The notes under the pieces were generated by a model that saw only the letters and a program-made list of their open reading frames with translations, was not told the origin of the DNA and did no database searches. 64,000 nt of DNA from Chlamydiota bacterium (GTDB lineage: Bacteria > Auribacterota > JACPWU01): positions 22,358-86,357 of the forward strand of contig JACPWU010000002.1 of NCBI GenBank assembly GCA_016196885.1, written 5' to 3'. This document shows, piece after piece, positions 8,909 to 19,134 of the stretch (positions are counted from its first letter, which is position 1; each line of letters begins with the position of its first letter). Position numbers and translations under genes: made by a program.

Positions 8909-9324
8909 TTCAACTTTTTCTCAAGAAAAACGCACAGTTTTGTACGAAATTTGCATGAGAACCCTTCAAGCAAAATAAATTGTATTAAATTCAAAAATAT
9001 TTTTTTACCTCTTCTATCTCAATCGTGTCTATCTCAATGGGTAGATGGTGTAACGAGCAAGCCTCAGGAGGCAGTGATGAAACCATTAAAAGTTTCACAA
9101 CATGCTGAAGGTGAGGTTATTGCGTATTCTAAAGCCTGTCCGGATTCTTCCTCTCTTCAGGATCAACTTCATCTCGAAAATCTTCGGTTTTTGAAATCTG
9201 AGGGTATTCTTTCTAAACATGATCTTTTGGATCTTTCTGTCGTCATTCTGCGGACAAATTCAGAAGAATTTAAAAAAGTTTAGTTAAAATTTGCCGGGGC
9301 GCGTTTTTTAGAAGGGGGCGAGAC

Positions 9325-9888
9325 ATGGAAGACTCACCGCGAGATCGGGAATTACTAAGGATTTTTCTCAAAGGAGGCGAAACGGGTTTCGATGAGTTGG
9401 TCTTGAAATATCGAAATCGTGTTTATAACACACTCTTCAGTCTTTTACGGAGTCGGGACTTGGCATGGGAAGGGGCGCAAGATGTTTTTTTAAAGGTGTA
9501 TCGCGAGCTAAAAGATCGAGAGGACGAATCCATTTTGGTGAAGGCATGGGTTTTTAGGATCACGTTAGATGAGGGCTTTGATCTTTTGAAAAGGGTTAGC
9601 AAACAGGTGAAAGTGGCTTTTGGCACAGGTGAAATGTTGGAGGCTGTCAACGGTTCGAAAGAATTAATTTTCTGGGATGAAGGTGAAGAATGGGATCGCG
9701 ACCAGTTTAGTCAAGCTTTGGGGAAGCTTTCTAAACTCCAAAAGGCGATTGTGGTCCTAAGACATTTCAGTGGGCTTTCTTTTGGAGAGGTTGCAGAGGT
9801 GCTGGCTCGAGACGAGGAGTCTGTGAAGGCCAATCATTATGATGCAGTTTCTCGCTTGAGGGAGATTTTGAAAAATGAAAGCACATAG
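9325..9888 (+). CDS. ECF-family RNA polymerase sigma factor (sigma-70 regions 2 and 4)
   Basis: 187 aa. Region-2-like DELVLKYRNRVYNTLFSLL...AQDVFLKVY and region-4 HTH LSKLQKAIVVLRHFSGLSFGEVAEVL. Confidence 0.85.
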   Translation: MEDSPRDRELLRIFLKGGETGFDELVLKYRNRVYNTLFSLLRSRDLAWEGAQDVFLKVYRELKDREDESILVKAWVFRITLDEGFDLLKRVSKQVKVAFGTGEMLEAVNGSKELIFWDEGEEWDRDQFSQALGKLSKLQKAIVVLRHFSGLSFGEVAEVLARDEESVKANHYDAVSRLREILKNEST

Positions 9889-11020
9889 TCTCGCACACAA
9901 ATGGGATGATGAGGGGTGGAAAAATCCTAGAGGGGGGCCTTCTCATGTTCATGAGTCCGGGAAGAATTGTGAAATTTGCACTTCCGAATACCAGGCAAAT
10001 CTTCAACTTGCGGATCAATTGAACAAGCGGGGCATTCATCAGGTGCGTTTCGGGAATGATCCGAACGATCCTTTCATGCTTACGCTTCGCAGGAGAATCA
10101 ATCAGGAAGTTCGAAGCGGTCAGAAAAAGCAATTGGCCTTGTGGATGCTTTTGGGAAAGGTGGAGGCAGCTGTCATTGGCCTTTTAATGGTAGGTCAGGT
10201 TTTGGCCTTGCAGAGCAGTCGGGCCGACCAGGCACGAATTGATTTTCTTTTGGGCAGGCAAACGATTTTAGAAAAAACCATCTCCTATTTGAAAGAACAA
10301 GTCTCCGTCGCCTCTACTACACTTTCTCAGACGATCGTTTCAAAAAGTGTAGTCGTTGAGGAAGGTGGAGTTGAAGAGTCGGATGAAGGAAAGGGGGAAG
10401 TACCTCCAGAGGTACGTTCTTCATCGCAGGAGGAAATCAAGTTGAATCCAATTCGAAAAGATATTCCACCCTTAAGATCGCCGCAGGTTTTAAAATCATC
10501 TTCATTCAATTTTATTTCTGATTTAAAAGGAAACCCTGTGATGCGTGTAGATTCTTTCAAGCCGGAGTTCATCAAGGATTTGAAAATGGGTTTGGGAAAA
10601 GACTTCAAATCTTTTATCCAGGACTCTATTTTTCCCATTGAAAACGTCGAAAATATTGAGAAAAACTTGAAGGTGCAAAATGCAAATTTAAGAGAAGGTC
10701 TTTCGAGGGAGAATGCCTCTTTGAGAAGTTCGTTGAATGTTCCACAGCCGAGTGTGGACACTTCGAAAAGTGACTTTCGAACTTCTCAATCTCAAGCCTT
10801 ACCTTCTGGAGGCAAGAAAAGTGAAAAGGATGGCCCTGCCGTTTCTCAAGTTCAGGATATTTCCAATATTCCTAGACCCCCCGGGTTGGCCAAGCCTGAT
10901 TCAGGTGATGTACGTCAGTCGGTTCTGGAGTCCAATCCCTCTGATAACCATCCTCGGTTGAATGAGTTAAAAGATAAGCTTTCTCCATCTCAAGGAACCT
11001 TAAAGGATCATCAATCCTGA
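9875..11020 (+). CDS. Putative anti-sigma factor: N-terminal HxxxxxCxxC zinc motif, one TM helix, Ser/Pro-rich periplasmic tail
   Basis: Overlaps the sigma gene by 14 nt. HVHESGKNCEIC motif; TM LALWMLLGKVEAAVIGLLMVGQVLAL; low-complexity C-terminus. Confidence 0.5.
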   Translation: MKAHSLAHKWDDEGWKNPRGGPSHVHESGKNCEICTSEYQANLQLADQLNKRGIHQVRFGNDPNDPFMLTLRRRINQEVRSGQKKQLALWMLLGKVEAAVIGLLMVGQVLALQSSRADQARIDFLLGRQTILEKTISYLKEQVSVASTTLSQTIVSKSVVVEEGGVEESDEGKGEVPPEVRSSSQEEIKLNPIRKDIPPLRSPQVLKSSSFNFISDLKGNPVMRVDSFKPEFIKDLKMGLGKDFKSFIQDSIFPIENVENIEKNLKVQNANLREGLSRENASLRSSLNVPQPSVDTSKSDFRTSQSQALPSGGKKSEKDGPAVSQVQDISNIPRPPGLAKPDSGDVRQSVLESNPSDNHPRLNELKDKLSPSQGTLKDHQS

Positions 11021-11105
11021 TCTTTTTTTTCTTCCTTTTTTATTTCATCTTTCCCCTTAAATCAGTTAGAATGCCCCCTTTAGTTCAAAAGGGAAAGGGG
11101 TTAGA

Positions 11106-13316
11106 ATGATGAAAATTTTATTTCGTATCTTGGTGGCTTTTTCCATTTTACTCATTGGGCTTTTTGTGACCGCCCAAGTGATTGTTAATCGTCCGTTCTT
11201 CCGTGAGAAAATCACACATGTCATTGCTGAGAAATTAAACCGAGAGGTGACTCTTTCAGGTTTAGGTTTGAGCTTTTTCCCCAACTTGGGATTGAATCTG
11301 AAGGGATTTACCATTCAAGAGAAGGACGGAAAAAGTTCCTTTCTCAGTTTAGAAAATCTTCAGATCCAGGCTAAAATCCTTCCCCTTCTCAAGAAAAAAG
11401 TGGTGGTCAGCGAGATTGTCCTCAGCACACCCAAGGTGAATGTGGTGAAAGATGCCCAGGGAAATTTTAATTTTTCGGATCTTGTATCAGCGTCATCCAC
11501 TCCTCCTAAAGTTGCAGATGTTCCTTCTCCAGCAGTCAGTTCAGGAGGCGCTCCCAATCTTGACATTCATTCTATTCAGGTCAGCAGGGCTGAATTTTCC
11601 TATACCGATCATTCATCCGAGCCCTCTGGGGCTTTTAAAATCGCTGGTTTGGATGTTGACATTGAGCATTTTTCCCTGGATCAGCCGATCACGATAAAGC
11701 TTTCTTGTGATTTGGGAAGCCGTTCGAAATTTTCTGTGAAGGGCGAGGTAGGTCCCCTCAATGCAGGGATGGAAAAGGGAGAGGCCAACGTCGAAGTCGC
11801 TTTGGAAAATTTGAATTCCAGTGATTTATCTCTCTTTATGGGAAAGGGAAAAGAGGCTCTTCATTTTGAAGATCTTTCAATTCAGGGATCTTTGAAAGGG
11901 AGTTTGGCGAAAGGGATTGCGGGCGACTTGGCCCTTTCTCTCAAGCCTTCATCGAGTCAGACCCTGGATTTGAAGGTTAAGCTTGAGGCAAACACTTTAG
12001 ACGATGTGGTGATCCAAGAAATGAATCTCAAGACGGGCGCTTCAGATTTATCACTTCATGGACAATTTCAAAATTTTTTCTCCGCTCTGAACAAATCTGA
12101 AAAGCTTCCCAAATTTCAGTTAGATCTTTCTTCTTCACAATTAAATGCAGATGACTTTGCTTTTGCAAAAGGGGCCTCCACAGAGTCTCAAGCCCCTCAG
12201 CCTTCAGCCCCTTCTGTTCAGGCCTCTACATCCGTGTCACAAAAGGGACTTGAAAATCCTCTTCGGACCCACAGCCTCTTTCAAAACACGCAAGGGTCTT
12301 TTTCGGCACAATTGAAAAAGGTGAAGGTTCAGGGGAATGAATTCAATGATATTCAAGTGAAGGCCCGATTGCAGGGGGGTATCCTTTCTATTGAAACGGC
12401 TGAGCTACAAGCCTATGACGGGAAGGTGAAGAGCGCTGGAGAAGTCAATTTCCAGGCTCAAAAAATAGGATATGATTTGAATTTTGATGTACAGGGTGTC
12501 GAGCTGGCAAAGGTTTCTTCTGCAAATACAGGTGAGGAAAAGATCGAAGGAACTTTGATGGGGCATGGCGCCTTTAAGGCAGTGGGGTATGCCCGACCTG
12601 ATTTGGAAAGAAATTTATCTGGGAATGCGCTTCTAGAGGTAAAGGAGGGAAAGATTTTGGGAAACGATATCAAATCTGAAGTTTTGATGAAAATGGACAA
12701 TCCTATTCTGATGCAATTTTTGCCGGGACTCTCTGCCATGCGTGATGAGGCTCAGCAATCTCCCAAGAAGGAAACTCCTTTTCATGATTTTGCCGTAGAT
12801 TTGGTTGTGGCCAATGGCAAGGCCCATCTTCAAAAAATGACGCTCCATACAGAGGATTTTCGTTTCAGGGCCAATGGCGTTGTGGATTTTGCATTGCAAG
12901 CGAATTTAGAAGCCCATGTGGTTTTTTCAAAAGAATTAACCGAGAAAATGACGCGGGGGCAGGATCTTTCCAATAAGCTTCCTTATGAAGACGGAGGGCT
13001 TCATATTCCAGTGAAAATCACAGGTCCTCTCACCAAACCTCGGGTGATGCCCGATTTGGCCACCCTTATTTCTGCTTTGACCCGTGGACAGCTTTCTGAT
13101 AAGGTAGGGGGCCTTTTAGGAGGTCAAAAAGGGGGGAGTAACCCTTTAGGCCAGATTTTGGGAGGTCAAAAATCCAGCAGTTCCGGGACATCTTCTAACT
13201 CAGGTTCTTCCAATACGTTAGGTAAAATTTTTGGAGGAGGAAGCCAAGATCAAGGGGGTTCTGAAGGGGGAGAAGAGAATAATAGCTCTAGTAAGTTGCC
13301 TTTCAAGTTATTTTAA
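11106..13316 (+). CDS. AsmA-family envelope protein with a Gly/Ser-rich C-terminal tail
   Basis: 736 aa. N-terminal TM anchor and AsmA-like start (KILFRILVAFSILLIGLFVTAQ...LSGLGLSFFPNLGLNLKGFTIQEKDG). Confidence 0.65.
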   Translation: MMKILFRILVAFSILLIGLFVTAQVIVNRPFFREKITHVIAEKLNREVTLSGLGLSFFPNLGLNLKGFTIQEKDGKSSFLSLENLQIQAKILPLLKKKVVVSEIVLSTPKVNVVKDAQGNFNFSDLVSASSTPPKVADVPSPAVSSGGAPNLDIHSIQVSRAEFSYTDHSSEPSGAFKIAGLDVDIEHFSLDQPITIKLSCDLGSRSKFSVKGEVGPLNAGMEKGEANVEVALENLNSSDLSLFMGKGKEALHFEDLSIQGSLKGSLAKGIAGDLALSLKPSSSQTLDLKVKLEANTLDDVVIQEMNLKTGASDLSLHGQFQNFFSALNKSEKLPKFQLDLSSSQLNADDFAFAKGASTESQAPQPSAPSVQASTSVSQKGLENPLRTHSLFQNTQGSFSAQLKKVKVQGNEFNDIQVKARLQGGILSIETAELQAYDGKVKSAGEVNFQAQKIGYDLNFDVQGVELAKVSSANTGEEKIEGTLMGHGAFKAVGYARPDLERNLSGNALLEVKEGKILGNDIKSEVLMKMDNPILMQFLPGLSAMRDEAQQSPKKETPFHDFAVDLVVANGKAHLQKMTLHTEDFRFRANGVVDFALQANLEAHVVFSKELTEKMTRGQDLSNKLPYEDGGLHIPVKITGPLTKPRVMPDLATLISALTRGQLSDKVGGLLGGQKGGSNPLGQILGGQKSSSSGTSSNSGSSNTLGKIFGGGSQDQGGSEGGEENNSSSKLPFKLF

Positions 13317-13421
13317 CTCATTCTTGTAAAGGAAGTTATAAATTTTTAACTTTTTTTTAACCCTTTTTGGCCTTTGAGGTGTCTCTTATATTAGGGGGGG
13401 ACCTTTGGAAGGAGGTTCTGA

Positions 13422-13859
13422 ATGCAGTTTTTAAGACGGTTTTTTCAGGGTCTTTTGGCTTTCCTTTTGCTTTCGTCTTGGGCTTTGGCAGGCAATACCA
13501 ATCTGAGCTTTGGGAGAAACAGTGCCGAGAGCCAGATGAGCAGCCCTGGTTTTGGTAAACTCAGTCTTCTGATTCAAGCATTTCTGGAAAGTTCTTTTGG
13601 AGATAAAATAGATCCTGATTCTCGTAAAAGGATGGGGGATCTTTTTGAATCTGAAGCCATTGAGATGAGGCTCTACAGAGATATTGTTCTCAATGAGCTG
13701 GATCTTTTTAAGAGTCGGGAAGAGCGATTGAAGAAAAGATATGTTTTATGTAAGAAGGTTCTTATTTCTTTGTGGAAAAAATCTCATCAAGATCCTAGAA
13801 TGAGAAAGTTGTTTAATCTTCTCAGGGATTCGAGGGATGAGACAAAACAAGCGTTTTAA
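13422..13859 (+). CDS. Hypothetical secreted protein (145 aa)
   Basis: Signal peptide LLAFLLLSSWALAGN. No family recognised. Confidence 0.4.
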   Translation: MQFLRRFFQGLLAFLLLSSWALAGNTNLSFGRNSAESQMSSPGFGKLSLLIQAFLESSFGDKIDPDSRKRMGDLFESEAIEMRLYRDIVLNELDLFKSREERLKKRYVLCKKVLISLWKKSHQDPRMRKLFNLLRDSRDETKQAF

Positions 13860-14961
13860 TTTTTTTCAACTCTGGATTTTTTTCTTTTTCATTCTCTTCC
13901 TCGGGTCGCATTTCTTTTCTTTTGCTTCTGAAACTCGAGGTCGGTCCTATCGCTATTACATCGTTCAGAAAGGCGATACCCTTTCTTCTATCGGCCGAAG
14001 ATTTCAGGTGAGTGTTCAAGATCTTGTCTCGGCCAATCATCTTCGAAATCAAAATCGCATTCGCGCGGGGCAGGCTTTGTTGATTCCTGCAGGACAAACC
14101 TCGTTTGTTCTTCCCAGAGAGGAGAAGACCTTGTCTATAAAAGAGTCTCCTTCCGAGATGAAACCAGAAGTGCCTGAAACCCTTGTGAAACCTCCCCCAG
14201 AGGGACCAAAACCTGAAGAGACATGGGTGGAGGCGCCTCCCGTTTTAGCTCAGGATGAAGAGGGTGTCGTGCGAAAAGAATCTCCTCCCATTGAAATGAT
14301 TTCTGATGAAGAAGAAAATTCTTCTGTGAGTCGCCGATATTTTGGCGTGGGCTTTGGCTGGTGGTTTGGTTTCATAGATGCGAAGGCCCAAATTTCTGTG
14401 GAGGGCCTGACGGGCACCGAAATTGATTTGGAAGATGATTTGGGTGTGGATGATTCGGTAGGGCTTCCGGTGGTCAATGTATGGCTTGCCCCTTTCTCCT
14501 GGCTTCGCCTTCAGGGGGAGTACATGAATTTGAGCGTGGAGGGACAGGCAGATATTGATCGGGATATTGTTTTTAATGGGATCACCTATCATATTTCAGA
14601 TCATGTCAGTGGGGAAGTAGATGTAGATCGCTTCAGTGGTTGGGTGGAGCTCAATCCTTTGAATGGCTCCTGGGGGTATTTGGGCGTCATGATCGGTGGG
14701 GAATATGTTCGATTGGATGCAGCGCTTTCTTCCGAATGGGTAGGAGAGACCCGTGCCAGTTTAGATGCAGGGACCGTCACTTTGGGTGCACAGGGGAGTT
14801 TAAATTTGACAGATCATTTTGAGTTACATGGCCGCTTGAGAGGGATGAAGTTTGAAATAAGGGATATTGATATTGCCGTTTTTGATTTAGGGGGGGGGGC
14901 TTTCTTATACCTTTTTAGATCATTTTCAATTGTCACTGGATTATCGCTATCTCACCTTTGA
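13837..14961 (+). CDS. LysM peptidoglycan-binding domain protein with a C-terminal beta-rich domain
   Basis: YYIVQKGDTLSSIGRRFQVSVQDLVSANHL...AGQALLIP is a canonical LysM. N-terminal hydrophobic segment. Confidence 0.65.
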   Translation: MRQNKRFNFFQLWIFFFFILFLGSHFFSFASETRGRSYRYYIVQKGDTLSSIGRRFQVSVQDLVSANHLRNQNRIRAGQALLIPAGQTSFVLPREEKTLSIKESPSEMKPEVPETLVKPPPEGPKPEETWVEAPPVLAQDEEGVVRKESPPIEMISDEEENSSVSRRYFGVGFGWWFGFIDAKAQISVEGLTGTEIDLEDDLGVDDSVGLPVVNVWLAPFSWLRLQGEYMNLSVEGQADIDRDIVFNGITYHISDHVSGEVDVDRFSGWVELNPLNGSWGYLGVMIGGEYVRLDAALSSEWVGETRASLDAGTVTLGAQGSLNLTDHFELHGRLRGMKFEIRDIDIAVFDLGGGAFLYLFRSFSIVTGLSLSHL

Positions 14962-15149
14962 TTTGGCAGAAAAAGAGGACTCAGGCGATTTGACTTTGCA
15001 AGGGCCAGTACTCAGTACACTTGTGAAGTTTTGATTTTCGTTATTCAGAAAGGTTTTGACAAGCTTGAGATGAAAAGGCTACGATTTGGGTGTTGATTTA
15101 GTTTTTTAGGTCAAGGTGTGTGAGGTTCTTAAAAAAGGGAGGCTATTTC

Positions 15150-15296
15150 ATGGAAGGCTATTGTGTAAAATGCAAGGCGAAGAGAGAAATGACCCAGACA
15201 AAAGAAGTTGAGATGAAGAATGGAAAAAGGGCCATGCAGGGGAAATGCCCTACCTGCGGTACAGGCATGTTTAAGATTTTAGGGGGAAAGAAATAA
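15150..15296 (+). CDS. Small zinc-ribbon protein (DUF5679-like, 48 aa)
   Basis: MEGYCVKCKAKREMTQTKEVEMKNGKRAMQGKCPTCGTGMFKILGGKK with two CxxC pairs. SD gggagg upstream; classic terminator downstream. Absent from ORF track because it is under 60 aa. Confidence 0.6.
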   Translation: MEGYCVKCKAKREMTQTKEVEMKNGKRAMQGKCPTCGTGMFKILGGKK

Positions 15297-15322
15297 TTTT
15301 AAGAGTTTTGTTTAAAATTTAA

Positions 15323-15357
15323 CAAGCAGCTTGTCCATCAAGCTGCTTGTTTTTTTA
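15323..15357 (+). terminator. Rho-independent terminator
   Basis: caagcagcttg-tccatc-aagctgcttg followed by ttttttt. Confidence 0.65.
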
Positions 15358-15430
15358 TTTAGTCTTCCTTCTCATTTGTTTTTTGATATAATCCGTGCCC
15401 TGTAAACTTTGAGAGAAAGTGGTGTGAATT

Positions 15431-16645
15431 ATGGCGAAGGAATTGGCTTACGTTTTAATCAATCCGTATACCATTTTGAAATCCAGAACGGGAGGGGTTA
15501 TTGCCCGATTGCTCGGTCGGACAGATCAAGAGTTGATCGGGGTGAGGCTCTTCTCCCCCAGTCAGAGGTTGGTTCAGGAATACGCCGAGCTCATTCGGAC
15601 TCAGGATGTGGAGGATGAAGTAGACATTCGAGATGGTAACAAAGAGGCGGTTCGGGATTTAGTCGCTCAATATGTGCTTGAAAATTATGGACCTGAACCG
15701 AGGACGGGACGGTGCCGGCGTGTTTTGATGCTTCTTTTTTATGGGGAAGATGCGGTTCATAAGTTGAGAGATGAGGTGGTGGGACATATTACCTCTCTTT
15801 CCATCAGTGGCGAAACCATCCGGGACACGTATGGTGATTGCGTCTTGGATAAAAGTGGGAAGGTCCGATATTTTGAGCCGGCTGTTTTGGTGATCCCCAA
15901 TCGAAAAGCGGCTCGAGAAAGTCTGGAGCTTTGGGCCAAATATTCCGATCAAGAGGCTGGGATTTTAGAAGATGTGATCAAGTATCCCAAGGGGGTGAAG
16001 CCCGAAAAGGTTTTGGTGCTCATTAAGCCAGAGAATTTTCAGAGGCCGACCAGTCGCGTCGGAAATATCATTGATATGTTTTCGAAGACGGGGCTTTACA
16101 TCATTGGAGCGAGAATTGTTCAGATGAGTGTAGCCCAGGCGATGGAATTTTATGGTCCTGTGAAGAAGGTGCTTCAGGAGAAAATGAAACCGGCGGTGGC
16201 AGATCGTTTGAAAGCAGCCATGCTAGAAAAATTTGATTTTCCGATGCCTGAGGGGGTGATTCAAAATGCGACTTCAGAGATTGCACCTCTTTTTGGCGCG
16301 CATGAATTTAATAAAATCATCAAATTTATGACAGGGAAAGATCCCACAGAGGTTTCTGAAAAGGAGCATGCACTTCAGGGTGAGCAAAAATGCCTCGCCT
16401 TGGTGTATCAAGGAAGAGATGCCGTTTCCAAGATTCGCGGCGTTTTGGGTCTCACGGATCCTAAGAAGGCGGCGCCGGCCACCGTTCGCCGAGAATATGG
16501 TCAGAATATTTTAGTGAATGCGGCTCATGCCTCTGATTCGGTGGAGAATGCCGAACGGGAGCTGAAGATTTTGGATATTGCAAAGAATGATATTCGGCCG
16601 ATCATTCAAAACTTTTTTTCTCAAAAGGTGGAGAGTTTAAGATGA
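15431..16645 (+). CDS. Tandem nucleoside-diphosphate-kinase-domain protein: N-terminal degenerate NDK-like domain plus C-terminal catalytic NDK domain
   Basis: 404 aa. Two NDK-like starts (AYVLINPYTILKSRTGGVIARLLGR and VLVLIKPENFQRPTSRVGNIIDMF). Catalytic-His motif NAAHASDSVENAERE only in the second domain. Confidence 0.6.
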   Translation: MAKELAYVLINPYTILKSRTGGVIARLLGRTDQELIGVRLFSPSQRLVQEYAELIRTQDVEDEVDIRDGNKEAVRDLVAQYVLENYGPEPRTGRCRRVLMLLFYGEDAVHKLRDEVVGHITSLSISGETIRDTYGDCVLDKSGKVRYFEPAVLVIPNRKAARESLELWAKYSDQEAGILEDVIKYPKGVKPEKVLVLIKPENFQRPTSRVGNIIDMFSKTGLYIIGARIVQMSVAQAMEFYGPVKKVLQEKMKPAVADRLKAAMLEKFDFPMPEGVIQNATSEIAPLFGAHEFNKIIKFMTGKDPTEVSEKEHALQGEQKCLALVYQGRDAVSKIRGVLGLTDPKKAAPATVRREYGQNILVNAAHASDSVENAERELKILDIAKNDIRPIIQNFFSQKVESLR

Positions 16646-17820
16646 ACACCCTGACCAAAACGCAAGTCGGTTTGTCGAAGCGGGTGGTGAGTATCAGCGA
16701 GTCTGAAACCTTGGCGATCAATGCCCGTTCGAATGAATTGAAGGCCCAGGGAATGGATGTGGTGAGCCTTGCGGCTGGGGAGCCTGATTTTGATACGCCA
16801 GAGCATATCAAGGCCGCCGCCAAAAAGGCGATTGATGAAGGTTTTACGAAATACACACCTTCGGGTGGAACGGTCGAACTGAAAAAAGCTATTTGTGAAA
16901 AATTGAAGCGGGATCAACATTTAGAATATGGTCCTGAAAATATCATCGTTTCTTGCGGGGCCAAGCACTCTTTGTTTAATGCGATTTTGACGCTTTGCGA
17001 CAAGGATGATGAGGTGGTGATCCCAGTTCCTTATTGGGTCACTTATCCGGAACTCGTGAGACTGGCCAATGCGACACCCGTTTTCTTGAAGACGCGGGAG
17101 GAAAATGGATTCAAGATTAATCCGGTAGATTTAAAAAAGGTGGTAAGTCGAAAAACAAAAATCATTATCATTAACAGTCCTTCAAATCCAACAGGAGCTG
17201 CCTATTCTGGGGATGAGCTGAGAGAGATTTCTAAAATTGCCTTTTCGGATGGCATTTATGTGATTTCGGATGAGATTTATGAAAAGGTGCTTTACGATGG
17301 GTTGACTCATGAAAGCATCGCCTCTTTTCAGAAGGATCAGACTTTAATTGTCAATGGAGTTTCTAAATCGTATGCCATGACGGGCTGGCGGATCGGTTAT
17401 TTGGCAGGGCCGGCACCTTTTGTGGCTGCAATGAATCGTCTTCAGAGTCACAGCACATCCAATCCGACCTCCATTTCTCAGAAGGCGGCCTTGGCGGCTT
17501 TAAAAGGCTCAGATGAATGCGTGACAAAAATGGTTCAGGCCTTTGAGGAAAGAAGGAATTATATCGTAGATCGCTTGAACAGCATTCCCAAAGTTCATGT
17601 TCGTAAGCCAGAAGGTGCTTTTTATGTTTTTCCCAATATTTCGAAATATGGAGTGGGATCCAACAAGCTTTCTCAACGTTTGCTCGAAGAGGCGCATGTG
17701 GCGGTGATTCCAGGCGCTCCTTTTGGAACAGATGATCACATTCGGCTTTCTTATGCGACTTCGATGGAAAACATCAAGAAGGGGATGGATAGAATAGAGG
17801 AATTTTTTAGAAAACTTTAA
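16642..17820 (+). CDS. aspC: Aspartate/aromatic aminotransferase (PLP fold type I, class I)
   Basis: SLAAGEPDFDTP, IINSPSNPTGAAYS, VSKSYAMTGWRIGY (PLP-Lys region). ATGA overlap with the upstream gene. Confidence 0.85.
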   Translation: MNTLTKTQVGLSKRVVSISESETLAINARSNELKAQGMDVVSLAAGEPDFDTPEHIKAAAKKAIDEGFTKYTPSGGTVELKKAICEKLKRDQHLEYGPENIIVSCGAKHSLFNAILTLCDKDDEVVIPVPYWVTYPELVRLANATPVFLKTREENGFKINPVDLKKVVSRKTKIIIINSPSNPTGAAYSGDELREISKIAFSDGIYVISDEIYEKVLYDGLTHESIASFQKDQTLIVNGVSKSYAMTGWRIGYLAGPAPFVAAMNRLQSHSTSNPTSISQKAALAALKGSDECVTKMVQAFEERRNYIVDRLNSIPKVHVRKPEGAFYVFPNISKYGVGSNKLSQRLLEEAHVAVIPGAPFGTDDHIRLSYATSMENIKKGMDRIEEFFRKL

Positions 17821-17828
17821 TTAGAAAT

Positions 17829-17880
17829 CCGTACTTCGAACATCGTACTTCGATGCTCGATGTTCGAAGTACGAATTACG
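17829..17880. repeat. GTACTTCG/CGAAGTAC-family word hairpin, copy 1
   Basis: ccgtacttcgaacatcgtacttcgatgctcgatgttcgaagtacgaattacgg, between aspC and icd. Confidence 0.55.
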
Positions 17881-17896
17881 GGGTTTAGAATAAAAT

Positions 17897-19132
17897 ATGA
17901 CACGTCACGAAGTTCTTGAGAAGGGTTCGCCTATCATTAAAGAGGGAGGTCGGCTTAAAGTTTCTGTGAAGCCGATTGTCCCTTATATTGAAGGCGATGG
18001 AGTGGGGCCCGATATTTGGGCAGCTTCGCGTCCTGTTTTTGATGCGGCCGTTCGCAAGGCTTATCAGGGCCAGAGAGAAATTCAATGGTGTGAGATTTTT
18101 GCCGGAGAAAAAGCTAAAGATAAAAAGGGCGAATGGCTGCCCAAAGAGACTTTAGATGCGCTTCGTGAATTTAGAGTGGGGATTAAAGGGCCTCTGACGA
18201 CACCGGTCGGTGGAGGAATCCGCAGCCTTAATGTGACGCTTCGCCAGGAGTTGGATCTTTACGCTTGTGTGAGGCCTGTGAGACATTTTGAGGGAGTTCC
18301 CTCGCCTGTGAAAAGGCCAGAGCTTGTAAACATGGTGATTTTTCGGGAGAACACTGAAGATGTTTATGCAGGGATTGAGTGGAAGGAAGGAACGCCTGAG
18401 GCTCAAAAGGTCATTCGATTTTTAAATGAAGAAATGAAATGCCATGTTCGATCAGATTCGGGTATTGGCGTCAAGCCGATGAGTGTGATGGGCTCGAAGC
18501 GCTTGGTTCGCATGGCTATTTTATATGCCCTTCAACATCATAAGCCCACGGTGACCTTGGTGCATAAAGGCAATATCATGAAGTATACCGAAGGTGCTTT
18601 TCGGGAGTGGGGATACGAACTGGCTCGCGATGAGTTCTCTGGGAAGGTCATGAATTGGGAAGAAGTTGAAAAGCATTTTAGCGGCAAGAGACCGCAAGGG
18701 GTCGTGCTCATCCATGATGTGATTGCGGACGCGATGTTTCAGCAGGTTTTGCTGAGGCCAGCGGATTACAGCGTATTAGCGCTTCCTAATTTAAATGGCG
18801 ATTATATATCCGATGCCTTGTTGGCTCAGGTAGGTGGTTTGGGACTGGGACCGGGGGCCAATATTGGAGATGATGTGGCCGTTTTTGAAGCGACGCACGG
18901 CACCGCTCCAAAATATGCGGGCCAGGACAAAGTTAATCCTAGCTCTCTGATTCTCTCTGGAGTGATGATGATGGAGCATCTGGGCTGGGATGAAGCGGCT
19001 CAATTAATTTTAAAGGGTCTTCAGAAAACTTTTAGAGAAAAACGTGTCACTTATGACTTGGAACGTCAGATGGAAGGCGCTAAACTCTTAAAATGCTCCG
19101 AATTTGGTCGAGCGATTATTGAAAATATGTAA
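17897..19132 (+). CDS. icd: Isocitrate dehydrogenase (NADP-dependent, prokaryotic homodimeric type)
   Basis: 411 aa. [32 protein letters not shown] and [10 protein letters not shown] motifs. Confidence 0.9.
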   Translation: MTRHEVLEKGSPIIKEGGRLKVSVKPIVPYIEGDGVGPDIWAASRPVFDAAVRKAYQGQREIQWCEIFAGEKAKDKKGEWLPKETLDALREFRVGIKGPLTTPVGGGIRSLNVTLRQELDLYACVRPVRHFEGVPSPVKRPELVNMVIFRENTEDVYAGIEWKEGTPEAQKVIRFLNEEMKCHVRSDSGIGVKPMSVMGSKRLVRMAILYALQHHKPTVTLVHKGNIMKYTEGAFREWGYELARDEFSGKVMNWEEVEKHFSGKRPQGVVLIHDVIADAMFQQVLLRPADYSVLALPNLNGDYISDALLAQVGGLGLGPGANIGDDVAVFEATHGTAPKYAGQDKVNPSSLILSGVMMMEHLGWDEAAQLILKGLQKTFREKRVTYDLERQMEGAKLLKCSEFGRAIIENM

Positions 19133-19134
19133 AG

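Noticed and set aside
8813-9283. 156-aa ORF in the ORF track following the radical SAM gene
   Set aside because: Its 5' part runs through the word-hairpin terminator at 8835-8908 and overlaps the upstream gene. At most the 3' 69 codons (ATG about 9077 with ggagg SD) could be a small gene. No support beyond the SD.
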